The notes below the pieces were generated by a model. That model had not been told where the DNA came from, made no database searches, and saw only the letters and a program-made list of their open reading frames with translations. The position numbers and the translations under genes were made by a program. This document shows, piece by piece, positions 40,620-54,813 of a stretch of 64,000 nt of DNA (positions within the stretch are counted from its first letter, which is position 1; each line of letters opens with the position of its first letter). The DNA is from Eledone cirrhosa (taxonomy: Eukaryota): assembly GCA_964016885.1 (NCBI GenBank), contig OZ024754.1, forward strand, positions 15,066,001 through 15,130,000, written 5' to 3'.

Positions 40620-41630
40620 TACATACATGGTGGCTGCCAACTTGTTTTCGAGTACGGCCACTACTTTATATCCATGTAGGAGAACCCCTACCGATGCGCT
40701 GAACGAGTGTTACTTTTTAGTCCAGCCAGCGACTTAAAAACTCTGGTACAAACACTATACTTGTGACAATTATTGACACATAGTGCTTGGCCCTTGGTAC
40801 CATGTGACAAGTGCAGAGATCTCCAGATATAAAGCAATGCCTGTGCCGTGAAGCTTTTATAGTGAGCAAAGGCACTGCACAAAGCCAGTCCCACTCTCTT
40901 AACCAAGAGGATATTTACCAAAAAGAAGAACAAGTCAACATCATTGGATACCATCAGGGTTGCAGGTGTTATATCAGAGTTTTCCTTCTCCTAGAATTCT
41001 GCCTTGACAAAGGCTAAGGGGTCATCTCTCCCGGTGATTTTGGATGGCCATTGACTCTTAAGAGCTCCTTTGCCCTTTGGCAGGTTTTGTTTTTTAGTCC
41101 TGCAGGATGTCCAAAGTCACCCTCCTCACCAAGAAACCTTGGTGGGGTTGCCAGTTTAGTCGCCAACGACCCGACCATACATACATACATACATACATAC
41201 ATACATACATACATGGTGGCTGCCAACTCGTTTTCGAGTACGGCCACTACTTTATATCCATGTAGGAGAACCCCTACTGATGCGCTGAACGAGTGTGACT
41301 TTTTAGTCCAGCCAGCGACTTGAAAGCTCTGGTACAAACACTACACTTGTGACAATTATTGACACATAGTGCTGGGCCCATGGTACCATGTGACGACAAA
41401 TGCAGAGAGATCTCCAGATATAAAGCAATGCCTGTGCCGTGAAGCTTTTATAGTGAGCAAAGGCACTGCACAAAGCCAGTCCCACTCTCTTAACCAAGAT
41501 GATATTTACCAAAAAGAAGAACAAGTCAACATCATTGGATACCATCAGGGTTGCAGGTGTTATATCAGAGTTTTCCTTCTCCTAGAATTCTGCCTTGACA
41601 AAGGCTAAGGGGTCATCTCTCCCGGACATA
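40620..41630. mobile_element. Non-coding ~560-bp structured element plus partial tandem copy, in (CATA)n
   Basis: 40620-41033 repeats at ~41210-41625; diverged relative at 48500-48980; contains aggagaaggaaaactctga (-) typical of LINE/SINE UTRs. Confidence 0.6.
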
Positions 41631-41964
41631 CATACATACATACATACATACATACATACATACATACATACATACATACATACATACATACATACATACA
41701 TACATACATACATGCATATACAGTACATCATATCTTTGACTATAGTTTATAGAACTGATATACCGCCATTACTATGCACTTTCACTATTCTAGCATAACC
41801 ATTAATAAATATATTACTTGCTATTTGCAGCTTTATAGTAGACCTCAGTAAATGTATATTAGTCATTTGAAACTTTCAGTAATGGAGGCTTGTAGCTAAG
41901 TGGTAAGGGTGTTGGACTGACGATCATAATGTCATGGGTTCGATTCCATACATACATACATACA

Positions 41965-42505
41965 TACTACCTCCCCATGAGACACGATGGGATAGCTAGA
42001 ACCATCTGGAACGCACTTCGGAAAACAAAATTAACAACAAACGAGGAGGAATATATTGAGACAGATAGCACTAAGGAATACTGGTGGAACCTGAAAATAA
42101 AAACTGCCACCGAATTAAAGCACAACCGGCCTGATATTGTTGTTTGGGACCACACATTGAAAAGGTGTTCTGTTGTGGATATCAGCTGCCCACTTGATGT
42201 AAACGTTGTCAGAAAAATACAGGAGAAGGAGGACATCCACGGACCATTGATTTCATACCCATCATTATTGGAGCTACGGGTTATATACCAACCCGCCTGG
42301 ACGAAAGTATGACTGAAATTCGATTTACGGACAAAGAGCGCAGCTCCCTAATTCATAGTCTACAAATGGCTGCGATAGCTGGCACCTTCAAAATTGGCAA
42401 AACATTCTTGCGATTCAAGGGATGACAATTTCTTTTCTTTTTCAACCTTGGCACCAGGAAGTTGGCCGGTCAAAAAAATATACTCGAAATTAAGAGAAAG
42501 AGATA

Positions 42506-42510
<5 letters not shown>
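41965..42510 (+). mobile_element. R4/Dong-like 3' fragment (restriction-like endonuclease)
   Basis: YYLPMRHD...KHNRPDIVVWD...VVDISCPLD; both ends in (CATA)n; similar to 47878-48415. Confidence 0.88.
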
Positions 42511-42537
<27 letters not shown>

Positions 42538-42859
42538 TGCAACCACATCTATTTATATGAACGATACATAAATTTTAACATATAAACGTCACATAGATTT
42601 TAACATAAATGCAGCGTTGTCATATTACATTCATAAAGAAATATACTACGTAACATTACATAACGATTCAAAAAAAAAAAAAAAAGAAACACTAAATATA
42701 AACGTTTAAAATGCAGCTATAGAATAAACTAGCTGAAAGGATATATTACTCAAGCTGAGAACAACTTTAAATTTGATTATGACAAAACTTTGTCGAAACT
42801 TTTAAAGAAGATCATCGTGTATTTTGAAAAATAAATGCTAAATATCAGTGAATAGACGA

Positions 42860-45800
42860 ACTCATCATGGCAAAACATATACGTCTCCTTCGACTAAATC
42901 GCAACTACAACCATTGTATACAATGGAGCTACTATCTCAACAAAGATTTATATGAAGCATATAAACAATCTGACCCCCAAAAGTTCGGTTTTATGCAGAG
43001 GCTAAAATTAGCTTAATTAGACTTTTCCAAAAAGCATTTAAATGAACAGGCAAAACGCATCATTAGATGTAAATTGATACATCTAACGGAACTGAGTGAC
43101 ACTATTGAAGACAATCATTCCACTTCCATTGACAGACAGCGAGAATGGTCAGCTAAATCTAGCAGTAAACAGCACACCAATAACGTCGCTGAAATCCACC
43201 CCACTTCCACCGATGAAGAGAGAGAATGGTCAGCTAAATCTAGCAGTAAACAGTTCACCAATAACGTCGCTGAAATCCACCCCACTTCCACTGATGAAGA
43301 GAGAGAATGGTCAGCTAAATCTAGCAGTAAACAGTTCACCAATAACGTCGCTGAAATCCACCCCACTTCCACTGATGAAGAGAGAGAATGTTCAGCTGAA
43401 TCTAGCAGTAAACAGCACACCAATAACGTCGCTGAAATCCACCCCACTTCCACTGATGAAGAGAGAGAATGGTCAGCTGAATCTAGCAGTAAACAGCACA
43501 CCAATAACGTCGCTGAAATCCACCCCACTTCCACTGATGAAGAGAGAGAATGGTCAGCTGAATCTAGCAGTAAACAGCACACCAATAACGTCGCTGAAAT
43601 CCACCCCACTTCCACTGATGAAGAGAGAGAATGGTCAGCTGAATCTAGCAGTAAACAGCACACCAATAACGTCGCTGAAATCCACCCCACTTCCACTGAT
43701 GAAGAGAGAGAATGGTCAGCTGAATCTAGCAGTAAACAGCACACCAATAACGTCGCTGAAATCCACCCCACTTCCACTGATGAAGAGAGAGAATGGTCAG
43801 CTGAATCTAGCAGTAAACAGCACACCAATAACGTAGCTGAAATCCACCCCACTTCCACTGATGAAGAGAGAGAATGGTCAGCTGAATCTAGCAGTAAACA
43901 GCACACCAATAACGTCGCTGAAATCCACCCCACTTCCACTGACGAAGAGAGAGAATGGTCAGCTAAATCTAGCAGTAAACAGCACACCAATAACGTCGCT
44001 GAAATCCACCCCACTTCCACTGATGAAGAGAGAGAATGGTCAGCTAAATCTAGCAGTAAACAGCACACCAATAACGTCGCTGAAATCCACCCCAATTCCA
44101 CTGATGAAGAGAGAGAATGGTCAGCTAAGTCTAGCAGTAAACAGCACACCAATAACGTCGCTGAAATCCACCCCACTTCCACTGATGAAGAGAGAGAATG
44201 GTCAGCTGAATCTAGCAGTAAACAGTTCACCAATAACGTCGCTGAAATCCACCCCACTTCCACTGATGAAGAGAGAGAATGGTCAGCTAAATCTAGCAGT
44301 AAACAGCACACCAATAACGTCGCTGAAATCCACCCCACTTCCACTGATGAAGAGAGAGAATGGTCAGCTAAATCTAGCAGTAAACAGCACACCAATAACG
44401 TCGCTGAAATCCACCCCACTTCCACTGATGAAGAGAGAGAATGGTCAGCTAAGTCTAGCAGTAAACAGCACACCAATAACGTCGCTGAAATCCACCCCAC
44501 TTCCACTGATGAAGAGAGAGAATGGTCAGCTAAATCTAGCAGTAAACAGTTCACCAATAACGTCGCTGAAATCCACCCCACTTCCACTGATGAAGAGAGA
44601 GAATGGTCAGCTAAATCTAGCAGTAAACAGTTCACCAATAACGTCGCTGAAATCCACCCCACTTCCACTGATGAAGAGAGAGAATGGTCAGCTAAATCTA
44701 GCAGTAAACAGCACACCAATAACGTCGCTGAAATCCACCCCACTTCCACTGATGAAGAGAGAGAATGGTCAGCTAAATCTAGCAGTAAACAGCACACCAA
44801 TAACGTCGCTGAAATCCACCCCAATTCCACTGATGAAGAGAGAGAATGGTCAGCTAAGTCTAGCAGTAAACAGCACACCAATAACGTCGCTGAAATCCAC
44901 CCCACTTCCACTGATGAAGAGAGAGAATGGTCAGCTGAATCTAGCAGTAAACAGTTCACCAATAACGTCGCTGAAATCCACCCCACTTCCACTGATGAAG
45001 AGAGAGAATGGTCAGCTAAATCTAGCAGTAAACAGCACACCAATAACGTCGCTGAAATCCACCCCACTTCCACTGATGAAGAGAGAGAATGGTCAGCTGA
45101 ATCTAGCAGTAAACAGCACACCAATAACGTCGCTGAAATCCACCCAACTTCCACTGATGAAGAGAGAGAATGGTCAGCTGAATCTAGCAGTAAACAGCAC
45201 ACCATTAACGTCGCTGAAATCCACCCCACTTCCACTGATGAAGAGAGAGAATGGTCAGCTGAATCTAGCAGTAAACAGCACACCAACAACGTAGCTGAAA
45301 TCCATAATTCTACTGTACAAACAGAAGACTAAAAACATGTGGACACATTACAAGTGATATGGGATGATATGTTTCGAGAGATACACAGTCTTAATGTGAG
45401 TAACAGACCATTCAACACCAGAATCAGTAAAGAACCCACTAAATTGGAATTGGAAGCAGTAAACGAAATAGCTGGCAATTATCTGAAGGCTATACGATCT
45501 AAAGGTGTAGAAACGACATTTGAATTCATATATTTGTTAATATTTGTTACGTTTCAGCTATCACATTGCTTTCCTATCATAAACAACTAAAACCATGCAA
45601 CCAAGATACAAACAGAAAGCCTGAACCAGCGTGGATGCTTAATTTAATAAAACAAAATGTCCCTGAGACGAAGTATCTCACAGATCACTTTAGTTATAAA
45701 ATGCAACATAGAGAGCAACTTCACACGACATCAGGAATACGTAAGTAAAAAAACTACAGAGGCGATTTGGAGATACAAGATTTAAAACTCTAAACTCCAA

Positions 45801-48415
45801 ACTACACCAGTTGAAACAACTCACACCCGCAACAGAAAAACTAAAATATAAGTCAATAGCACATAAACGGCAAGTGTTAAATAGATTATTTGCCAGAGAT
45901 CCTAAATCAGTTTATCGCAGCTTCAATGGGAAAAGCTCAATCTCTGTTAATGACACCCCTACAAAAGAACAGGTTGAGAGCTACTGGAGATCTGTATGGG
46001 AAACGAATGACGGATTTAACAAACAAACTAAATGGCTAAAAGAACTGGAACAGGAATACTGCCAGCATGTCCAGACAAAACAATGTGACATATACTGGAA
46101 ATACCTCCGCAGAGAATGTTGAATAGGAAATCCCCAGGCCCAGACCTCATAACAGGATACTGGCTGAAGAATTTCCCTTTCTATCGGCAAAATCTCATAC
46201 AGCTGTTTAGAAAACCCATTAAAGGCACACAAGAACTGCTCCAATGGTTATCAACTGCCACTACTCTCTTCATCCCCCCAAATAGCCAGACCACCCTTGC
46301 TAAAAATTACCACCCAATAGCCTGCCAGAACATCATGTGAGTTGTTTCAACTGGTGTAGTTTGGAGTTTAGAGTTTTAACTCTGGGTGCCTTAATCTTTT
46401 CTTACAGGATCATTGTGCCACCAACAAAATTCTAACACCTGAGCAAGCTGGTGGAAAGGAGGGGTGGCACTGCATAGATCACCTAACAAATAAAATAATA
46501 CAGAAAAAAACAACAAAGAATCGGAGTAACATGACTGTGGTGTGGCTGGACTATCAGAAAGCTTTTGATAGTGTACCCCATGGGTGGATTATTAAGGCGT
46601 TACAGTTAGCCCAAATCCCACAACCACTAGCAGCTGCTGTTGAACGCCTGACCAAGAACTGGTACACCAATTGGGGTGCGAAGGAGCAAATTAAGATTGA
46701 CACAATACACTACCAGAAAGGCAGCATTCGGGGTGATAGCTTATCAGTGCTGCTCTTCGTCCTCTCACTAAACCCACTATCATACCTGCTCACAAAACAA
46801 AGTGGTCAAAGAAGTGGGTCCTGAAGTATCTCCCATTTTTTCTTTGTTGATGACCTGAAGTTGTATGGGCCAAATATCAACTATATTAAAAAAACAATTG
46901 GACCTCATTACACACTTTTCTGCAGACATTAGAATGAAATTTGGTGAGTCCAAACATGCATATTTGACAGTAAAACATGGAAGGGTTGTGTCCGTCTCTG
47001 GAAATCTAGAGATGAATGGCTTGACAATGCAACCTCTACAGTCAAGTGACAACTACAGATATCTTGGATAAGATGAGAATTTCAGATATGATGGACCCAT
47101 AAATAAGGAGAGAACCAGAACTGAATCCCTCAGGAGAGTAAAAAAAATATGGTCATCAGAACTATCAGCGTACAACAAACACATTGCCCACAATACTTAT
47201 GCTGTGCCAATCCTAACGCCAACATTTGGCCTGATGAACTGGTCATTGCAAGAACTAAGTGAGAGGGATGTAACAACTCGCAAGCTTCTTAATGTTACTC
47301 GAAACTTTAACATCAATGGTGAAGTGGATTGGCTATACTTCTCACGCAATGAAGGTGGCCGGGGTCTAAAATCCATATTAACATCATACGAGACCCAAAT
47401 AGTAAGACTAAAGCAAAATCTTCAGCAGAAGAAAATGGTCAGCAACCATCTTTCCCAGGTCATGGGTATGAAAGAAATAATATCATTAGAGTAGCCACTG
47501 ATCTGGAAGAGAGATATGGAATAGGGCCTGATATAAATCTCTCTCCCAGGGAAACTGGAAAATCGTATTCAAAGTTCGAACAAGATAAAAAATAGACCAA
47601 ATTTACAGAGAAAGTTGTGCATGGATACTCGAGACGAAGAACACAGACCATAAAGGGGATAAATAATTCAAAAAGCCTGGCATGGAGTTCTGACAAGTTT
47701 ATGACATCCCACCTTGAAGGATAACTCTATGCATTACAGGAACAAGAAATCCCTACCAAATATCTGTTACACAAAAGAGGGGGGAGGAGCATCAGTCGAC
47801 AATAAATGTAGGCTTTGTAAAACAAAAATCGAAAATGAAAACCACATTGTTGCCAACTGCGAAAGAATGTCGTCTCGCTACTACCTCCCCATGAGACACG
47901 ATGTGATAGCTAGAACCACCTGGAGCGCAATTAGGAAAGCAAAATTAAAAACAAATGAGGAAGAATATGTTGAGATAGATGGCACTAAGGAATACTGATG
48001 GAACGTGAAAATAAAACTGCCACCAAATTAAAGCACAACAGGCCTGATATTGTTGTTTGTGACCACACATTGAAAACGTGCTCTGCTGTAGATATCAGCT
48101 GCCCACTTGATGTCAACGTTGTAAGAAAAATACAAGAGAAGGAGGACATCTATGGACCATTGATGAGGAGTTTGCAGATCCAGTATCCAAGGTACACCTT
48201 CAGCTTCATACCCACTTGGGCCAAAGAATAACTGAACTTGGACTTGTGGACAAAGAGCGCAGCTCCTTAATTAATAGACTACAAATGGCTGCGATAGCTG
48301 GGACCTTCAAACTTTGCAAAACATTCTTGCGATTCAAGAGATGACAATTTCTTTTCTTTTACAACCTTGCAACCAGGAAGGTCAAAAATGTACTCGAAAT
48401 TAAGAGAAAGAGAAA
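42860..48415 (+). mobile_element. Near full-length decayed R4/Dong-like element with minisatellite expansion
   Basis: N-terminal QWSYYLNKDLYEAY..SDP..FGFMQRL; RT WLDYQKAFDSVPH, GDSLSVLLF, FFVDDLKLY; CRLC...HIV..C...RHD; NRPDIV; ends in (CATA)n. Confidence 0.9.
43119..45305 (+). repeat. 81-bp minisatellite, ~27 copies, in frame (27-aa repeat)
   Basis: Unit gagaatggtcagct(a/g)aatctagcagtaaacagcacaccaataacgtcgctgaaatccaccccacttccactgatgaagaga; offset 43141 to 43222 = 81. Confidence 0.97.
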
Positions 48416-48499
48416 CATACATACATACATACATACATACATACATACATACATACATACATACATACATACATACATACATACATACATAGATACATG

Positions 48500-48980
48500 C
48501 ATGATGGCTGCATCATGTATGTATTGCAATCGCTTGTCAGATTACAGAAAATGGTGTACTTTCACGTTACAGCCAGCCACACGAACATGTAACAGATCCT
48601 GAACAAGCAATGCCTGTGCTTTGAAGGTTTTTTTAAGTGGGGACAGGCCTTGCACTCGACCAATCCCACTCTCTAAGAATCGAAAAAACAACCCGAAAAG
48701 GAGAACTGGTCAACATCACCGGATGCTTCTGAAGCCGCAGGTTATTTGTTTCAGAGTTTTCCCTCTCTAAGGAAGGTGTTGTGAGAACAACTGGGGGCCT
48801 TTCACTCCCAGGTGTAAAAAAAATAGAAGAAAAGTATTATTTGGATGGCCATTGACTCTGCCGAGTTCCTCCGCCCTTTACCGGGTATTGTATTTCATCT
48901 CGCAGGGTGTCCAAATACCACCCTCCTCACTAAGCAAGCTTGGTGGCGTTGGCGGTTTAGTCGCCGACGACCCGACCATG
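48500..48980. mobile_element. Diverged copy of the 40620-41175 structured element
   Basis: Shared ggatggccattgactct, caccctcctcac..aag....cttggtgg, tttagtcgcc.acgacccgacc. Confidence 0.6.
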
Positions 48981-49277
48981 AGACAGGTTGTACTGGGTTA
49001 CATGTTACCAGTAGCACTCGAGAGCGACCTGACATATATATATATATATATATATACATATTCACACATGGAATTTCTTACCGTGTTTCTTGAGATGATG
49101 GAATTTTCGCCCTTATTCAGGAACTGAGTATAGAAAATAAGAATATCCCAAAGGATGTTGGTGAATGCCGTCAAGATGAGAGATAGGAAGAGGCAAAGGT
49201 GAATACGAATCCGTTGCTGTATCCGAAGTGGCCTGAAAAAAGAAAAGACAATATTAGATGCATTAATATGTGTGTGT

Positions 49278-49314
<37 letters not shown>

Positions 49315-49318
<4 letters not shown>

Positions 49319-49552
49319 AACGAGTAGGACCCCGACGGCTGAGCTCAAGCCGTTTCGACAGCTAATTCTAAACTTTAAAAAAAAAGCTTTTATTTTTTTT
49401 TTATTTTTTATTTTTAGTCCAGAATTAGCCGTCGAAACGGCTTGAGCTCAGCCGTCGGGGTCCTACTCGTTCCTATTACCCACTCTACTACCCTAAGTAT
49501 TGAGTACTTTGGTGCGTTATGGTCCACCTGGTTCCTTACCACATTTCCTTCG

Positions 49553-49553
<1 letters not shown>
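49315..49553. mobile_element. Fold-back element family A
   Basis: Homologous to 2928-3114 with AT-rich filler at the turn. Confidence 0.75.
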
Positions 49554-49618
<65 letters not shown>

Positions 49619-49912
49619 GTGATGACAGGAGTTGAAATTCAAATAGTTCCGCTCCCGCCATAAGCACTTAGCCAACGTATCTCAAACACAAATTACGTTG
49701 GCTGAATGCTTATGACGGGAGCGGAACTATTTGAATTTCAACTCCTGTCATCACGTAAATTTCTGAATCAATAACTAATCGGTGGACGGCATTGTGATGA
49801 GGCGTAGGGATATCAGTTGCTAATGTTTTACTGAGGTGGCTGTCACATACAGTCATAGCCGACACGAACTGGAATCGAATTCTGTCGATCGATTGGTTAT
49901 TGAGTAGGCGAA

Positions 49913-50017
49913 ACCCGCTGATGAAGCCTCATGCGCCGATTGTGCATTGTAAATGCAGACATTGGATACTGTGCACTCTATTGCTGCATTAAGTGTGGCC
50001 GAAACTCGAGTACGGGT
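49913..50017 (+). ncRNA. Type I hammerhead ribozyme with long stem II
   Basis: Stem I ACCCG/CGGGT, CTGATGA, GCC/GGC, GAAA, palindromic ACTCGAGT, GUA; within element 49617-50180 that starts with a ~63-bp-arm fold-back. Confidence 0.78.
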
Positions 50018-50191
50018 AAACATTGAAGGTACCCATTTAAGTTGGTTGTATTAAAGCGGATAACTATGTGTCTACTCTGGGTGTTTATTTAACATATTCC
50101 TGAGATACAACCGGTCCTACCAGTGAAACACATGCTAGTTCCATCAATTTATTATATATGACAAATATATATATCTGTGTATATATATATA

Positions 50192-50280
<89 letters not shown>

Positions 50281-50418
50281 TGCTAGGGAAAGGATCAGGG
50301 GTGTATAACACTCCACTTATCCAGCAGGAAGTATGAGGTTAGCTCAATGTCTGAGGACAGAGCCGTAATATAATAAATAAATAACAAAGAACGCTTATAG
50401 CATATGCATATCTTTACT

Positions 50419-50464
50419 TGCTAACATTGTTTCATCCACACTATAAGTGGGACTCATCAGAGCA
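50419..50464 (-). ncRNA. Type I hammerhead ribozyme (inverted arm)
   Basis: Reverse complement of 55544-55589. Confidence 0.75.
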
Positions 50465-51162
50465 TAAAGGTTAATTACATACCATACAAGCAATAACAAA
50501 TCCAAGACATTGAAGAATGAAAGGTAATAATAGACGATAGAGGATAAGAATAAAAAATAAAAATAAAAGTAAAAAAAAAAAAAAAAATAAAAAAAAATAA
50601 AAATAAGGGGTGCTATCTGTCACAGTTGGGCGGTGTGCTGTCAACATATAGTTACATACAAGCATACACATGGATAAGAGAACAGACAAGAGTAGACACA
50701 TGGATAAGAGAACAGACAAGAGTAGATAAGATAATGGGATTAGGTAAGAGTAGGTAACAAATAGGTAAAAAATAAGTAAAAAATAGGTAAAAAACAGACT
50801 TATAATATATATAAAAAGAAATACAAAGAAATACATAACAAACTTACATATAAAATATAAAATATAGGGTAAGGAATGAGATAAAATAATATACAATTAA
50901 AAATTAAAAATTATATACATAGAACATAATATAGTATAATCGTAAAATAAGATAAAATAAGGTAAACTAAAATCAAATAACATAGACTAAATTAAAATTA
51001 AAATCAAATGTGTAATTATAATTATATGTATAATTAAATGTAATTAAATGTAATTAAATAAATAAATAAAGAAATAAATAAATAAATAAATAAAAATTAA
51101 ATAAATAAATAAAATTAAAATTTAAATTTTAAAATTTTAAAATTAAAATCTAAATTTAAATA

Positions 51163-51205
<43 letters not shown>

Positions 51206-54200
51206 ATGGAGTCAAGTAAGTAAATAAATAAAATTAGATAACATGAAATGAAATAAAATAAAATGAAATAAAGTAAATTGAGATAAGATATATATTTTTT
51301 TAGAATATATCTCTTGAATATATCAGGGGCCCACGAAGGCACTAAATGTCACAGTTATGTGTGTCACTTGACCAATTTTTCAAAATATATTTCTTGAAAA
51401 CATCAGGGGCCCACGAAGGCACTAAGTGTCACAGTCACCAGTATCACTTGACCATTGCAAGGCAATGGAGGCGTCCCAGGTTGGGCAGTCTCGAAAGTTC
51501 ACTCGAAAGTCATGGGTGTGCATTCACACAGTTGAGCGGTGGTGTAATCACAAACCGGTTCACACACCAATTTTTTTTTTTTTTTTTTAAGTATATTTCT
51601 TGAAAACATCAGGGGCCCACGAAGGCGCTAAGTGTCACAGTCACCAGTATCACTCGAGCGGTGGGGTAATCACAAACCGGTTCAACACGGGCAGGAGTCA
51701 AATGGTCAGAGAGGTGCATCAAAGGAGGTAGAAGAATTCACATGCATTAGCAAGCGTGAGGTTAAAGCAAGCAGATACAGTTGTAGCGCATACAAAATAT
51801 AAAAAGATAGCTTCAAGAGCCATTAAGTCACCGCATTGGGACATCACAAGATTGTACACATCAATATGTTCAGTACGTATATGCACGTATACACACCACA
51901 TGCACATGCAGAGACGGTATACATATATATATATATATTTTTTTTTTTATATATACACACAGACACATATAACCACCTACACCCATACACATATAAATGT
52001 ATACACGGGCACACACGCACACACACACAGCGTAGGACACCCGGGTCAAAGCCGATATTAAATACGATATTAAATACAATATTAAATATTAAACACCGAA
52101 ATACCACATTAGATCAGACCCACCACCACAGGTAATATATTCAAAACAAATACATACGATGAGATGTATTAAAATAAAGTTGAAATCCTACGGAGATATT
52201 CATGTCTGCACGTGCCATTGACCGATTCGAGTGTACACAGACCGTTAGTAACTACGGAGGGCCATCGGCTACAAATATTCCTAGGGCCTTCTTCTCTGTG
52301 CTAGAACGGAACTTCCCTCCTGGTAATAGGTACCACTCTATCCTCAATAAGAATGTTGTTAAACTTTCATATTCTACAACCCAAAATCTAGCCTCTCATC
52401 TGGCCATTACTAATAATAAGAAAATAAAGGAAGGCCTGGACAACCTAAGCCTAGGGGAAAACACGGTAGTGGATAGAGTGGGCAGTAACACTGGTGGTGA
52501 TCTTTCTGAGAATAGCATCACCAGAGGTTGTAACTGTAGAAGGGCTTCGGGCTGCCCCCTGAATGGTTTCTGCCTTGTTAGAAACATAGTTTATGCGTGT
52601 GATGTGGTAACTACGGCGTCCACTATGACCTATATAGGATCAACTTCCACCCTCTTTAAGACCAGGTTTAACTCTCATCAATGCACTTTTAGACATAATA
52701 AACTGAAGAACTCCACCTCCTTGGCAGCGTACGTCCATAATTTAAAAAATGCACGAACACCTTACACACTTACTTGGCGGCAGGTTCCTAAATCCCATCC
52801 ATATACTCCTCATAGTAGAGTATGCAACCTGTGCCTTGCCGAATCCCACTCTATTATATTTGCTAAATGCCCTCTACTAAATAGAAAGTCTGAAATTTTT
52901 TCCTCTTGCCCCCACCGAATATTAAGCTCTTTCTTCTACTTTAAACCTGTTAGCTAGCACGTCCTTATTCCTCCAGTTGGGCTGTCTTGTGTAACTGTCT
53001 CTGACTGAGTGTAACTGTCTCCTAATGTTGGTCGTCTATGTATACGAGTCTGTGAATGTATACGTATGCCTGTGGGAGGATATTGATCTTGATATTGGGG
53101 TGTGCAGGGGAGTGTATGTTAATAAGCACCCCTGTTTGGTACAGTGGATGTAACCCATCCACGCTGGCCTACCCACCATTAGTGCATTGGTGGACCTATC
53201 CTGACGTATATCTTGTTGATCTGTACCTCTGTATGCGCATGAGTTGTGATGTAATGTATTTATGTAAAGCGTGTACTGTGATTTAGGCTGCACTAGTAGA
53301 AATTTAGCCTGTAACTGTGGCGGACCCGTGCCATCCTGCCGTAAGCAGTGGATACGTGGCGCATATATGTGTTGCCCTCATATTCTGTGGTTCAAGATCT
53401 ACAGGCTGACCTCTGGGAACTCTTACCCGGGGTTGTAGTCTTTCTAGCACGATCGGCCTTCCTTATATTGACGGTCGTTTTTATGATCCCGAAAGTAACG
53501 TTTTGGCCCCGATGGCCCTCCGTAGTTACTAACGGTCTGTGTACACTCGAATCGGTCAATGGCACGTGCAGACATGAATATCTCCGTAGGATTTCAACTT
53601 TATTTTAATACATCTCATCGTATGTATTTGTTTTGAATATATTACCTGTGGTGGTGGGTCTGATCTAATGTGGTATTTCGGTGTTTAATATTTAATATTG
53701 TATTTAATATCGTATTTAATATCGGCTTTGACCCGGGTGTCCTACGCTGTGTGTGTGTGTGTGTGTGCGTGTGTGCCCGTGTATACATTTATACGTGTAT
53801 GGGTGTAGGTGGTTATATGTGTCTGTGTGTATATATAAAAAAAAAATATATATATATATATGTATACCGTCTCTGCATGTGCATGTGGTGTGTATACGTG
53901 CATATACGTACTGAACATATTGATGTGTACAATCTTGTGATGTCCCAATGCGGTGTGTGCCCGTGTATACATTTATATGTGTATGGGTGTAGGTGGTTAT
54001 ATGTGTCTGTGTGTATATATAAAAAAAATATATATATATATATATGTATACCGTCTCTGCATGTGCATGTGGTGTGTATACGTGCATATACGTACTGAAC
54101 ATATTGATGTGTACAATCTTGTGATGTCCCAATGCGGTGACTTAATGGCTCTTGAAGCTATCTTTTTATATTTTGTATGCGCTACAACTGTATCTGCTTG

Positions 54201-54762
54201 CTTTAACCTCACGCTTGCTAATGCATGTGAATTCTTCTACCTCCTTTGATGCACCTCTCTGACCATTTGACTCCTGCCCGTGTTGAACCGGTTTGTGATT
54301 ACCCCACCGCTCGAGTGATACTGGTGACTGTGACACTTAGCGCCTTCGTGGGCCCCTGATGTTTTCAAGAAATATACTTAAAAAAAAAAAAAAAAAATTG
54401 GTGTGTGAACCGGTTTGTGATTACACCACCGCTCAACTGTGTGAATGCACACCCATGACTTTCGAGTGAACTTTCGAGACTGCCCAACCTGGGACGCCTC
54501 CATTGCCTTGCAATGGTCAAGTGATACTGGTGACTGTGACACTTAGTGCCTTCGTGGGCCCCTGATGTTTTCAAGAAATATATTTTGAAAAATTGGTCAA
54601 GTGACACACATAACTGTGACATTTAGTGCCTTCGTGGGCCCCTGATATATTCAAGAGATATATTCTAAAAAAATATATATCTTATCTCAATTTACTTTAT
54701 TTCATTTTATTTTATTTCATTTCATGTTATCTAATTTTATTTATTTACTTACTTGACTCCAT

Positions 54763-54813
<51 letters not shown>

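Noticed and set aside
40975-41022. HDV-like ribozyme in cagagttttccttctcctagaattctgccttgacaaaggctaagggg
   Set aside because: P1.1 partner GG is absent; topology could not be completed
43119-45305. 81-bp array as a CRISPR array, or as tandem hammerheads (each unit has CTGATGA and GAAA)
   Set aside because: No unique spacers or cas genes; no stem I or III pairing, and the motifs arise from Thr-Asp-Glu and Glu-Ile codons
43074-45332. 752-aa ORF as a host gene
   Set aside because: Lies within an R4/Dong element and is almost entirely the tandem repeat
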